This document shows, piece after piece, positions 1 through 12,652 of a stretch of 64,000 nt of DNA (its first letter is position 1; the number at the start of each line of letters is the position of its first letter). Origin of the DNA: Kudoa neothunni (Eukaryota > Animalia > Cnidaria); NCBI GenBank assembly GCA_964304625.1, contig OZ199839.1, forward strand, positions 945,616 to 1,009,615, given 5' to 3'. The notes under the pieces are model-generated. The model had not been told where the DNA came from. It ran no database searches and worked only from the letters and a program-made list of their open reading frames with translations. The position numbers and the translations under genes are program-made.

Positions 1-99
1 ATAACGAATTGAAGCTGTTAAGACAAGTAGTTCTCGTTTTTCTATCATTTTGACGAACACAGAGATGACGCCCGTTTTTTTTTTGAAAATATTGGTAGA

Positions 100-1023
100 T
101 TAATGCATGAACTTATGTTTATTGCTTCTATAAAATCTTCAAATGGATATATAATTATTTTTTACCTTTTTGTTGATTTTCTCTTCTTTATGTTGCAAAA
201 GAAACGATTTCAAGAAATCTTTTCGTCGTACTGGACTTCCTGCTTTCACACAATATAATAAATACATCTGCGTTTGTTGACATTATATCTGAAAAATGTG
301 GAATATAACCACTGGCCATCTTCTAGTTGTTCGATAGGTTACGTAGTTAATAAAAGTTTGACCGACTGTGTCTATTCCTTTCTATGCAAACGAAAATAAT
401 TTCTGGGAGTTTTTTTGGATGTTCCCCATTTATTATTGGCCTAGGATATAATGAGCTTAACAAACTAATGGAATTTTAAAATTAGAAGTTATTTTAGGTA
501 TACCATTTGTGGAGCCAATAATATTGTTTAACATTTTATCCTTGAAAAATTAACTCTAAGTGTCATTTTCTATAATAACATTATCAAGAATATCGATTTT
601 ATGTTTATGATAATATTGTTTTCCTCTTTTTAGAAAATGGTTTTACATGTTAAACAGACAATTCGGAACTTTTACCACAAAACTTCTCATCGTTTGACTT
701 AAAAATTTCTCACATTGAACGATTCATAATTAAGTCATCTTAATTTTTATTTTCACGATATGAAAAAATGGATTCATCGCTTGTATCCACCGAGCAATTT
801 TCATAACAAGAGTTGCTGCTACAAGATTCCATGTTCGACACATTTGAATTGTCATTTTAACGGCTAAAATTGTTTTAAAAATTATTTATTATCTTGAAAC
901 AGTTAAATAGACAATAATATGCAGTGAAAAATTTTTTAAAAGCAAAATATGACTCTAGTTAAGATTTTATAACAAATTAATTTCATGTGGGGTCCAATTG
1001 AACAGCATGCGTCCTCTGAAGGG
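100..1023 (-). mobile_element. Decayed, internally deleted piggyBac transposon with 5' terminus
   Basis: Minus-strand peptides KLPEII / KGIDTVGQTFINYVTYRTTRRWPVVIFH (~295-415) match the piggyBac C-terminal KGGVDxxDQ...RxTRRWP region. Acidic Ser-rich N-terminus MSNMESCSSNSCYENCSVDTSDES (~770-843). Terminus TTAA|CCCTTCAGAGG (TTAA 1024-1027) with GGGGTCCAATTG subterminal motif. Left boundary approximate. Confidence 0.75.
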
Positions 1024-1808
1024 TTAATACCGCAAATAAAAAAGAATTTGCATTATTATTCAATGTTTTCTGGTTTTCAATAAAAAAAAGATATTTTAAA
1101 AAATGAAAATATCCCCAAGCTCTGGCAGCCCTAGCATTATCCAGAGTATGCATTAAATGAGAGGCCATTTCAGTGCGCAATATCCAGGTTTTGCTACATA
1201 GGACGAAATTATTAAATTTTTCGCGTATTACATTGAATAATAAACATAATTTGTTTGGAATAAACCAATAAATTTATCAGGTAACATTAAATCATTACAG
1301 AATATCCAGGGACGATTGTATATTTATTTTCTGATGATAGTTAGATCACGAAACCAATGGAGTAACGATATAATTTTAAAAAAAGTAGTTCTGGAATAAT
1401 AGCAGCTTCAATTCGTGAGAAGTAAAATTGCATGAAGCAATCGAAAATCATCATGAAACTATCTTTCGTTTGTTCTAAACGATTTTCATTAACTACTAAT
1501 TAAATAACCCACTCAAGTTGTTTTAACCTAATTTAAATTAATATAAATATCGTAATATCTAAATGAATGCTTGTCGCGGACAAAGTATTAAGTCATACAT
1601 TATCGCATTTTTACTCAGAGGTTATAATTTTATTGAGTGAATTACCTGAATATATAAAAGTTCGGGACAAACTCATACACCCAAATAAAAAAATGAAACG
1701 CAAACGAAGAAAAGACCACATTAAATAGGATTGATTAAAAATATACAAATTGAATTGGGTTATTCACACAATCAACTAAATATTCAGGATCTAATAAAGC
1801 CACATTTT

Positions 1809-2388
1809 TCAATAGAATATTTTTTTCACCAACAGATACAATTGTTGGTCCATTCCGATGCGTTGAAGTTTGTTCACATCACCTGTAATATTCATGAGTA
1901 GACCACCAAAGCTAACAAAAATGGACCTAAAACCAATCCAAGAAACAAAATTAAAAATGTGGGGCATACACTTTTGGGATGGCCGAATCTGCATGAAATG
2001 AGCTATCGTGATGATCAACATCCTTCAATTTGTACGAACGACCGTACATAACATAGTCGAACTGATCGACTAATGTACTTTCTTTTTGTAGGTTACGATC
2101 ATACTCGCCACTATCGACCGATCCATCTTCCGCCAACGATGTGGTAAGAATAAGACGCAACTTATCACCAGGGTGAACTTTGAATAGTTGCGAATTGATA
2201 TCAAGGATGATTTTCACATGAAAACCTTCACTTTCTCCGACGACTCGATCAACTATCAGAAACCAGTTCAATTATTATTCTGAAGCTTAAACAAAAACTC
2301 GTTATTCACCTTCACCTCTATCAAATTTTTTCCCCCCAGGATTCAAGTCTGTAACTTGAACGATATCTTCAAAGAGAATGGCGGCCAT
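1809..2388 (-). CDS. RPB8: DNA-directed RNA polymerases I/II/III shared subunit RPABC3 (RPB8/POLR2H), 3 exons: 2388-2316, 2252-1970, 1926-1809
   Basis: Spliced protein [35 protein letters not shown]...ILDINSQLF...FDYVMYG...SIFVSFGGLLM...LYLLVKK carries the RPB8 KKFDRV, YVMYG and SFGGLLM motifs. GT-AG introns of 63 and 43 nt keep the frame. Confidence 0.96.
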
Positions 2389-3025
2389 TAGGACGATTCA
2401 ACGTGTTAGCTTAAACGGAGTTTAGGAATACGACGCGCGCATGAGACCTTCAGGGGAACTCAGGGATTATGGTTAGTGGGTGGCAGCATAGATATTGTCG
2501 CCACGTGTTATCGTGTATACATTTGATTGATTAAGAATGCTTGGTTCTTTTTTTTTTCTATTTTTTTGAGCTAAATAAACAGAAAGATATCGTGGTTTGG
2601 ATGGGATCCGGCTTGATAACCAATTGTATAAATTTCTAGGGAGAAATCGATATCGTTATCGACAAAAGTAAATGCTATAGATGGTTATGTTTAAAAACGC
2701 ATACATTTGAAAAATATTTTTCAATGAAAATAGTATCTTACTATAAAAGAAGCCATTGAAATTTTGCCCACATTTCCTAAATCTGTCAATCCGGCTATAT
2801 AATTATCAATTTGTCTTTTTTTTCTATCCATAGTGAAGTGAACAATAATACAAGAATTATCGTGATTTTAACCGAAAAATGCAAAAATGTAAAGAAGAAT
2901 TGACGTCCTTCGATGTTTATCTATTTTATTCGAACATTGCAACCTCTGGATATAATTTTGGATTTTTTCACTGACTTTCACATTTGCGTAATGTGCCGTA
3001 TTTTTTAAAACAATTGACATTAATT

Positions 3026-3880
3026 TCAGATAAGATACCGTTTGATGTTTTTTGTAGCATCAAATTTGCATCGTAAAATATATTTAGTATTTGATAGAAA
3101 ATCATGACTAAACATTTTATTATATCCACTTTTAAGGCAATGAATCATTACATGATCGAGTGGTTCCAAACTCTCGTTAAATTTGTAGGTAAAAGGAGTA
3201 ATTTTATATTGCTTAAATAAGTGATGTTTTTGGATTCGCTGGGTTTTAAAATATAAAATGATTAATAATTTTCGTTTCTCTGATTCCATTATAGAATTTA
3301 ATTTTTTTTACCTGGAAAAAATAACAGAGGTCAAACAGGAATTTTTTGGGGCATAATACTCAAGGTGAATTCTTGGCCCTTTTAAGTCACCCTGGGTTTT
3401 GGTATTTTCCAATCATGACTAATGGCGACTTTTCTTCATCTAAAGAGCATGATACCATAATCTTTTACGTTTTTTATAGTTTTTTACACTTTACGCTCTT
3501 TTCTTCTTGTAATACATAATTTCTCACAAAATAAAGCAGTTTCATCAATATTTATTGCCTCTCGGGTTATACATGTTTATCAAAATTGTATTTTCATTGA
3601 TCTACGTAGCAATAAATGTAAGGATAGTGTTGAAAACTTCACCATAAAATGTTTAATAATGATTCAAAATCTTTTCTTAAACCCTAAAGTCAACTCTTAT
3701 TTTCTGTAAAATTCTGGATTTATTATTTTTCGCTATGATAGCAGCCATTTCAAAAGTTATTTTGTAAGAAATAATGTAACAATTGGTGCTTTTTTGATAA
3801 AATTATTCATACATTTCTTCGTCTCTGCCGATGAATCTTCCTACTTCTTGCAACTTCAGAATTGTTTAGCATGGTTTCAC
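3026..3880 (-). mobile_element. pogo/Tigger (DDE_1) transposase relic
   Basis: Frameshifted minus-strand fragments NIDETALF, CSLDEEKSPLVMIGKYQNP and KRKLLIILY...LEPLDHVMIHCLKSGYNK match the Tigger NxDETGL, GEKLxPLVIGKxxxP and LQPLDQGIIxxxKxxY motifs. Confidence 0.75.
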
Positions 3881-4878
3881 GAGAAAAAATGCTGACAAGC
3901 ACTGAATGTCCTTGAAGATATATATTATTAATATTAATATTAAGAGAGAATGAAAGTAGCCAGGAAATTAAGTATAAATTTTTCAACCTCCACTTATTTG
4001 GCATTTATTGTTGATTTTTTTGAATCGAAATACTGCATTATTCTAATTTCCTAAGAGATTTCACTCTACCCTTTCGATATAATAAAGATAAAATCACGTA
4101 ATATTGACTCAAGTTTGTTTTTCGTTACTCAATAAGAAAGTTTTACGTAATATTGAATTTGGAGTCAGGGACATATAGAACAAATATTTTTTAATTATTT
4201 TTGAAACTAATAATTTACTAATTGAAATGATAATAATTTAAATTCGATGATTTCCATATTGAAAATCTTGAACTTACGCTGTATCGAACCACGCAATATC
4301 CAATCTCGACTGGAGTATTATGAGAGTAAATTTAGACTTATTTTGTTGTAAATGATTTTCTTTAATGTCATACAAGATTTGTATATGAAATAATTTTCAC
4401 AAACATTAGTTATGTAGTTAATGAATATTCTTATTAATATACAAAAATTAAAATTTTATAAAAAGAACAATATTCAAAATTAATTAGAAGATAGATTTTT
4501 TAATGTTACTAGAAAAAGATATAAAATGTGACAATTCTTTTTCAGGGGTGAGTAATTCAATTTCATTTGCAATCGATTCTATTATTACTTATAAATGATG
4601 AAAAATGAATACAATTTATTTAGGGTCATGATTTTTCAGTTCGCCCCAGTTAAACAACAAACATCTCATGAATTTTTTAGGAAATATTAATGGATCCAAT
4701 TAACTTTGACGGAAACGAAATGAAAAGTTTGATAGTAAATTATATACTTAGAAAATAATATGAATATCATTATTGTATTGAATTAATAGAATCGTTAAAT
4801 ACTATTATATTTTCATATGAATATCAACTATTTGATCAAAATATTCAATATAATCTGATTTACATTATTTTGTTGAAA

Positions 4879-7812
4879 ATGAAAAACACATATTTCAAAT
4901 TATGCATTCTAATTGGATTATTGTGTAATTTATATAAACCTGCTATATTTTATAACATTTTGTGTAGCTTTTAATGAATTTTATGCAAATGAAATAAAAG
5001 GTGTAACCTCAACTCCTACAAAAATACTTTCGTACAGCATTGCAAATGAAAAAGTTAAGCTGACATTGACTGGATCAGAATATGAACATGCCACAAAACA
5101 TTGTCTCATAAGAAAGGAGAATAATGATAGAACTGACTTTGATTCGATAAATTCCTGCACTACTAGTGGTTCAACCAGCGGAGGTAATCAATGCGTGCCT
5201 AAATGCTCTGCAAGCGACATCGAATTGGCGTTTAATTTGTTGTCACCCAGAGTCAATTTTATCTATGTTTATTCTGGGACAACCGCTGACGAAATAAAAG
5301 GAAAAAATTCTGGTGGTGACGTTTTTGGATTTTCTACTCGTAAGTTAAACGTAACATTATAATTTGTTGAACTAAAATTAGCATTATTGGTGAACCCAAT
5401 AATCGCAATAACGACAGATGCTACAACAGGCAAGTTAAAACTTGCAGCTAAAACGTGTAAAAATGTTGCCTGCCCTATTTTTTACAAGGGAATTAAATAC
5501 CAGGCTGGTACACAAGGGAATGACTGCGTCACTGAAAACAGCGCCAATACAGTGGATTTTGATTTGATGATTCCTCATTATGAGATGATATGTACGAATT
5601 ACCCTAGTTTCTTTTACGAAATGCCAAATTCCTACATGAAACAGAATATAGACATATACAAACCACAATACTACGTTACTTACAAGAAAGATGACAATGC
5701 AAAGAAAATATATGTTATAAAATTCACCAATGCTTTTCCTTCCGAAATATGCTTATTCAGTATCAAGAATGCTGCCAGTGGCGCAACTGCACCTACGAAA
5801 GATTACGCTTCGAATTGTGGAGGTGGGTCTCAAATTCCTTGTTACGCACCTTGTAATGACGTCGAGTTAACTCTCGCTGAATCCAAACCGATCGTCGAAA
5901 TATTAATTCAGACTAGAAACTGTAACTTGGGATTACCAGAAGGTAGTTTTAGGGGTTATGAAGAAAGAAAATATGGTAAAGTTTTAATTAAAAGGAAATA
6001 ATTTTTGATTAATTATAGCTATTGTTGAGCCTGCTGAAGCGAATAATGCACTATTTACTGCGGAAACAACTGTAGGAATAACACTTAATCCTTCTCCATA
6101 CGGCTCTTCCTCTAGTGATGTAAAATTCGACAGTTGCACGTTGAAATATTTCCTTGCTGGAAATTCCAGATATACTGGAGGAGCAGATACACAGTGCTCC
6201 AATAGTGACGGTTGTAAAACTAGTTGTGCGACAGCTTCTGTCATACAGGGACTGGGTGCAGGAAAAGCGTACATAATTGAAATTACGCCACAAACAATTA
6301 ATAATCACAATAACTTTAAGGAATATTTATTTTTCAGAACTAGTAATAAATTTTATAGTTTTATACTTTAATTATTCTTAGAAAAATCTGAAAATCTTAA
6401 CTTTGACGACGCTGTACCAACCGCGACCGACGTGACTGCTACAATCAAAGCGGTTGGCGGTAATATTGCAACAAATGCGAATGTAAATGAACCAACTTGC
6501 TCGTATTATCTAAGTATAGCAGAAAGAAACACATTCGTTGATGCAGAGTGTGAAGACAGCAATCCTTGCAGAGGGTTTTGCAAAGACACCAAAAAACTGA
6601 TAAATTTGGATCCCAAAACAAGTTACGATATTGAAGTTGTTTCACATAGAGACTATGGAAATAAAATATACAAAAATGTCTCGACTAGTAAAATAATTTA
6701 AACGTAACTAATCTAGCCTAAATTTTTTAGTTTCGTCAACCCTTGTTCTTTCCAAGAATTTCTTAGATAAAGGATTTCAAGTGGTTGGAACTTTGACCTC
6801 AGCCTATCCACAAGCGCTATGTCAATACAAAGTTAAAGTAAAAAATGGAACGACTTTAGAAGATATTTATTCTTGTCCATCCATTAATAATGTTGCTAAT
6901 CCTGCTACATCTCCCCAATCCCGAACAACGCAAGAATCTCAGTCGGTCAGCGGTTCAAATTTGTCTAAAATAAAAATAGCGAGAGCAAGTACTGAGGCAA
7001 ATAATAATAATACTCCAACAAACCAACCCACAACTACTGCTATTAATCAGTCCAACTTTCCACCGTGCAACAAGCCACCACTGTGCAGCAACATAGTAAT
7101 CAATGATGGATATGAGGCTGATAAAGTCTATCAAGTTTTGGTGACAGCCATAGGTCGATCTGAAGAAGTCACTATAGAAATTCCCAAAAGTAAAATATTC
7201 ATAGATCAACCAAGAGATTTTAAATATCAACTAAATATAGATTCTATTCCAGAATCGCCTCAGGATGAAAACAAAAAAATTACCGTAATTATTGAAAGAG
7301 TTGGCGAAACATTAAAAATCACCTCATTGCTTCCAAAAGAAAAGGATGAAAGATCAGTTTGTCGTTGGATACTAAGAGACATTACGCATGTTTCCCAACC
7401 AATAGTGAAAAAGTGTGAATCAATTGGCCCTAACAGATGTACTTTGCCTACTTGCAAATCGTTCACCATTGAGAACGTAAACGATACCAACGATTATCAT
7501 TTAACAGTCATTCACTCCATAGATTCCACTGTGAGTGGCGTTGGAATAATTAACAAAGGTAGCTTACAAGGAATAAATAAATTATATTTTAATTGTTATT
7601 TTAGGTGAGACTTCTAATCAATCGAAGTAAACTTTATTAATTTAAAATATTAAATAAAATTATTTATAGGGCGAGTACCTCAATGTATTATTTTTTTTAG
7701 TCAATTATGTTGTAATACTTAAAAATTTAGGATTATTGGGATAATTGTTCCAATTGCAATAGTTGTTTTAGGGATTGGATTTTATTTTGGTTATTGGAAA
7801 AATAGAGGATAA
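4879..7812 (+). CDS. Type-I membrane surface protein with ~7 cysteine-containing FN3-like modules (multi-exon)
   Basis: Signal-peptide exon MKNTYFKLCILIGLL|SFNEFYA (intron 4925-4967). Phase-1 GT-AG introns of ~40-50 nt at 5341-5381, 5976-6018, 6342-6381, 6688-6730 and 7190-7240 join the ORF-track pieces. FN3-like motifs GLGAGKAYIIEI and LDPKTSYDIEV. Final exon IIGIIVPIAIVVLGIGFYFGYWKNRG* (TM plus short tail), TAA 7810-7812. Confidence 0.82.
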
Positions 7813-9568
7813 AACTATATCATTTTATCGAATCTATATTTATAAATCTTATTTTTTTGTCATATTTATATGACGAAAATCTTTCATCTTAGCGTAACCG
7901 TGGGTATTTTTATCCAACACAGAGACAGAGTGATTAAATGATCTATCAGATTACATTGAGTTAAATTCACGAAAATCCTGAAAGTAAATTAGGAATTACG
8001 TAAAGAATTTTTTAAAATATATAACGAGAATTTAAACTTTTGATTGCAATAATTATTGAAAAAGTAAACAACACGGAATTTATTACATGGTATAAATATA
8101 AATAAAGATTGTGGTTAGACACTGCCAAATTAATAATTCTATTTAACCCATAATGGACATAAATTATACTCCAGAACAAATTCATTTTTGATAGATTTCT
8201 CATAATTTATTTACACAAAAATAAAATATTATAGTTAATGTGTAAATAGGTGTATTATTATTATTGTTATTTCCATTAAGTATACAATAATTCAAATTTG
8301 TTCCTGTCTTCCAGCCTAAAAAGTAACACTTCTGTTATTTAAGGTGTGTGGCAAATGTACAATATCCCTTAAAAATATACCAAAATTTTTTTAATATATC
8401 AAATAAAAGTGTCGACTTAAAAAAATAGAATATCAATCGGGTTTCATTAGTCCATTTGAAATCTTCATTGGTCATGATGAGAAAGGCAAAAACTATTTGT
8501 ATGATAAGTATATGTTCTAAGAGTATTTACTCACGTGCAACGAAAATTCTTAATTTTAGCAACTCTTATCCAAAGTTGTTTCCAGTTTTAATTTTAAGAG
8601 TCCAAAAATATTGGATTATTTTTGACCTAACGTTTCACTATTAGGATCTGAAAATAATTAAATATGGACAGAACTAATAACACCTGAAAATCATTTACTA
8701 TGCAAATAACAACTTTTTAAATAAAAAACTGCAAAATTTTTAAAAAGTTTTATTCCAAAGTTGAGTTTATTAGAGGATTGTGAAATTTGTTTTATTTAAT
8801 AACCACTGGTAGGATAAAATTTTATTTCCCAGAATAAAAGTATACAGTCAAGGTTTGATATTGAGAAATAATTACGCAATACCAAATCAAGGACACAGAA
8901 AAAATATTAAATTTATTTTTTTAAATTAATAAATTATTAAATGAAATAATAATAATAAATATTTATTATTTAATTCCTATGTAATTAGTTTCATAATGAA
9001 AATCTTAAATAACGATATAACGAATAATGCAATCCAATATCCACAGTATAACTTAAATCAAGATAATACTTATATCAAATAAATATATCGCGATTGCACA
9101 AGATAGAAAAATATTTTTTATATCGAAGGTATCCTACACTACAGGGGTCCATGTTTTCCTGCGTCGTCAAAAAATGATCAAAAATTCATGAACCATGACC
9201 CATGGTTAGGGAAAACTGCAATATACATAAAAACACACATGTGTATCTCTCATAACAATTATTAATCATTTATTAAATTATAATTAATCTTATTTATATA
9301 TAATCAAGTGTTACAAAAATTTAAAGGGAAGACACTAAAACATAATGATTAATTTAAATAAATTTAATATTGTTTAACCATATGAATTTAAAGAATTTAA
9401 CAAAAAAATTATTTCTACTTACTCAATACCGACTGCACGCTGATTAGTAATTCTACTTTATTAAAAAAAATGATAAATATACAAGAAAAAAATTTCAAAA
9501 ATACAAAACAAATATTTTTATGAATACTAAAACTAAATACACTTGATTATTATAAAATAATATCACTA

Positions 9569-10538
9569 TTATTTCTTTCGCAATAAATTTTCATTTATTT
9601 CGAAAACATTCCAGTTGGTGGATTCTGACGTAAAAGAAGAAGATGAAGATTTGATATCATTATCTGAGATGTCATGATTGGATGAAACCAGGTTGGATGC
9701 ATGCTCCATATGCGCCTCGAACTCACCGCCACTTTTAATCTCTTCACCCACTTTTTGGACGAAGTTCTAAAAGAAAAGTAAGAATAATATTAATGTGAAC
9801 AAATATTTTAAAAAATTAATTAAATATTTGAAAGGATTTATTTCCAAATAGAAATCGAGGTGGGATGAAAAAGGAACGCGGCTAATTATTGAGACCAATT
9901 ATACTGGATTTTAGTCAAAAATTTTAAGGATACGAAATTACATCGAATAATTTCATCGCAAACCAAACCTCGGCCACACTCATTTTTAATACTCTGGCAG
10001 CAGCTACCGGAGTGGACCCCTTACATAGCAACCTTTCAAAATAGCCAAAAACTTTTCTTATATCGTACGACTCCAACGACGTATTATCTAATTTGATGGT
10101 ATCCAAGAAAATTTCGTTGCCTTCTCTGTAGTCGTTTAATAACTGTTTAAGTCGACCTTTCAATAACGCCTCACTTTCTAACCGATTTTTAGATTTACAA
10201 AACTACAGTAATTGTCAATAATGTTTCTAATAAACACTAAAAAAACTTTAATTAAATTTTCAAATGATTTTATTTGACAATTGTTGTCTGGTGTTCCGGC
10301 CATGTGGAATATAAGTTGTACGTTAATGGTGTTGTCAGCGCATATAATAACATTATGTTATATAAGGAAGACGGTCCATGGGCAGTTGGTATTCAGCGGA
10401 ATTCTCAATATTAAAAAATGTATATAGATAGATAAAAAATTTCAAATTATTAATTGCTCGATACATTTTTTTAGTTCGGCGATTATCGCACACTTTCGGT
10501 TGATTTTTTATTACTATTTTTCTACCATTGTTGGTCAT
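9569..10538 (-). CDS. Probable multi-exon gene of unknown function
   Basis: Three same-strand, GC-richer ORF segments (10353-10538, 9924-10163, 9569-9751) separated by short AT-rich gaps with splice-like ends. No family recognised and exon boundaries not resolved. Confidence 0.4.
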
Positions 10539-11419
10539 TAATATTTAATTTTAAATCGTCTAAAATTTATTTCTTCATATATCTTGTACTATTTTAATTA
10601 ACTTAGTTGTTTTGATATTAAGAAAAACGAATTTTTTGTTGTTGGGAAACTGACCACAAAATACTGGAATAGTAACAATGATTGTATAAAAACTATTTAT
10701 TAAATTATTAAGAATATAAGATTTAAAATTAAATACATGAAGACGTACTTAATGTTTTGTTAAGTGGTTATCGGGATTTCCCAGCCTACATTTAATCAAT
10801 GTTACTGAGAAACACACTATGTATAATAATGTATTTAAATAATTTTAAACAGTATTGATCTTAACATAATCGTTCTATAAGGTCTTCATAGAAACCCTTC
10901 AGACAGAATATCTATGTGATTGTTGAAACGAAATTCTTAAAAATTTAAACAATAACTGTTACATCGTGAAAGAAACTGTTGAACAAAATCCATAAGTACA
11001 TCTTTAATATGTTTATGTTTAATAGATTTAATTTTAATAGATTTTTATTGTTTATTTACAGAAACATTTACTGACTAATGAACGTTACATTTTAATAAGA
11101 TTTATAATCGCTCATAAAGTATTATCAATAATCAACATTCCACGCTTTAAAAAATGAAACTGTTGGTATTTTAAGTGAAATATTTAATAATTAAGAATGA
11201 GAACAGAATCAAAAAGTTGATGTTTAACAATCGATCGTAATTGAATTAATAGATTAAGGAGTCGTATTATATTTTATCTTATTGTTTACAACACGATAAT
11301 CGTTAAACTACGATCATGTAATTTGAAACACGTCCCTTTGAAATCTTATGAAAAATCCTGGTTGTTAACTTTCCAGTTCTAAAGTTAAACCGCATAGTCT
11401 ATTGTTTATCTCTCTTTAG

Positions 11420-12652
11420 GAGTTCGTTGTTTGTTGAATACACTGTGGCATAGGTTTAGCACCTGTAGCGAGTTTTGTGGTGGATGTGGTATGAGTTCAA
11501 AAAGTATTTCTTTGCTTTTGGAGTTATTGATGTTGGATTCTATCTGATTTATGTGTAATTTCAACAAAACATAGACATTTCCAATAAGCAGGATAACGAA
11601 CAACGAAATTCTCTTCTGAATCTATCAGATGAGCAACTTAAAGGTATTTTTCTGTTTGTAGAAATTAATTTTGTAGGTTGATTTTTTTTCTAGAGAGGTT
11701 GTGCCATGAGTGTTACAAAGATTATACTTTAGACAGTTCAACCCTCAGCAAATACGAAGGTGGTGGAGAATTTCTTAGGTTCACTTGGAGGTTACGGAAA
11801 AATATCCAAAGACATTTCCCTGGTTGCCCATCCAGATTAATAAGCAGTATCCTCTCCAAATGTTGGAAATACATGCCTCTTACCAGACATCTTTTAAGAT
11901 CTTCTGATCCTAGACTATGTTGTCATTGTGGCCAATTGTAGGTTTAAAATAACTGGAACTGTTCTCTCATATGTTTAGGAAAAGAGAAATTGCACCGCCT
12001 AGTGAGGAAAACGAGAAATGTTCTATCCTATCAAAATTACGTAATCTTCTTTATTTTTATGGCGATAGTGTACATTCTTATGCAGAGCGATATGAGATCC
12101 TAAAAATGTCTGATGGAAACTACCTCACTCCTGATTCACCACAAGAACTCGAATGGTTACTTATTAGGGGAAAATATCTACAAGCAACCTCCAACAATGC
12201 CTCCTCTAAATGTAAAGGACGAAACAACCTTATCAAGGTTGCGTCGAAAAGAATATTTGACTCACAACCGATGGACATCACTGGGTATAATCAGTTAGCT
12301 AATTGAAATATTTCCGATTAAAATCAGATATAGTCATTAAAATAAATTTTATTGCTATATTTGCTAAATGAACGTTTAAAATTATAGAAGCACAACATCT
12401 GCAAACCTCTGTCCAAATCTTGAACCCAGTGGAATCAATTTGGGTGGACAAGGTTTTCACTCTGGTCACTCTTATCCTTTGTCTTCTGGTATGCTTGATC
12501 AAACTCATGGTGTTGAATCAAACCAAGTATATTCCAAAGAACCTTTCTGTGAAAAGAACATCATGTTGTGCATTCTTAACAATGTGTCCACTGGTGATGT
12601 TAGTTATCCTGATGAAAGTTGCCTCACTAACAAATCTGATTCCAGATTCTAG
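11420..12652 (+). CDS. Divergent HMG-box protein (HBP1/BBX/Capicua/SOX-like box), multi-exon; boundaries approximate
   Basis: EFLRFTWRLRKNIQRHFPGCPSRLISSILSKCWKYMP (~11768-11878) fits the HMG-box pattern FxxFxxxxRxxIxxxxPGxxxRxISxILxxxWKxM. Flanked by GC-richer exons with GT-AG ends. Start codon not determined. Confidence 0.55.

Noticed and set aside
4-1416. 14-bp inverted match ACGAATTGAAGCTG (4-17 vs ~1403-1416) as a TIR pair
   Set aside because: No TSD or known terminus, and it conflicts with the piggyBac end at 1023.
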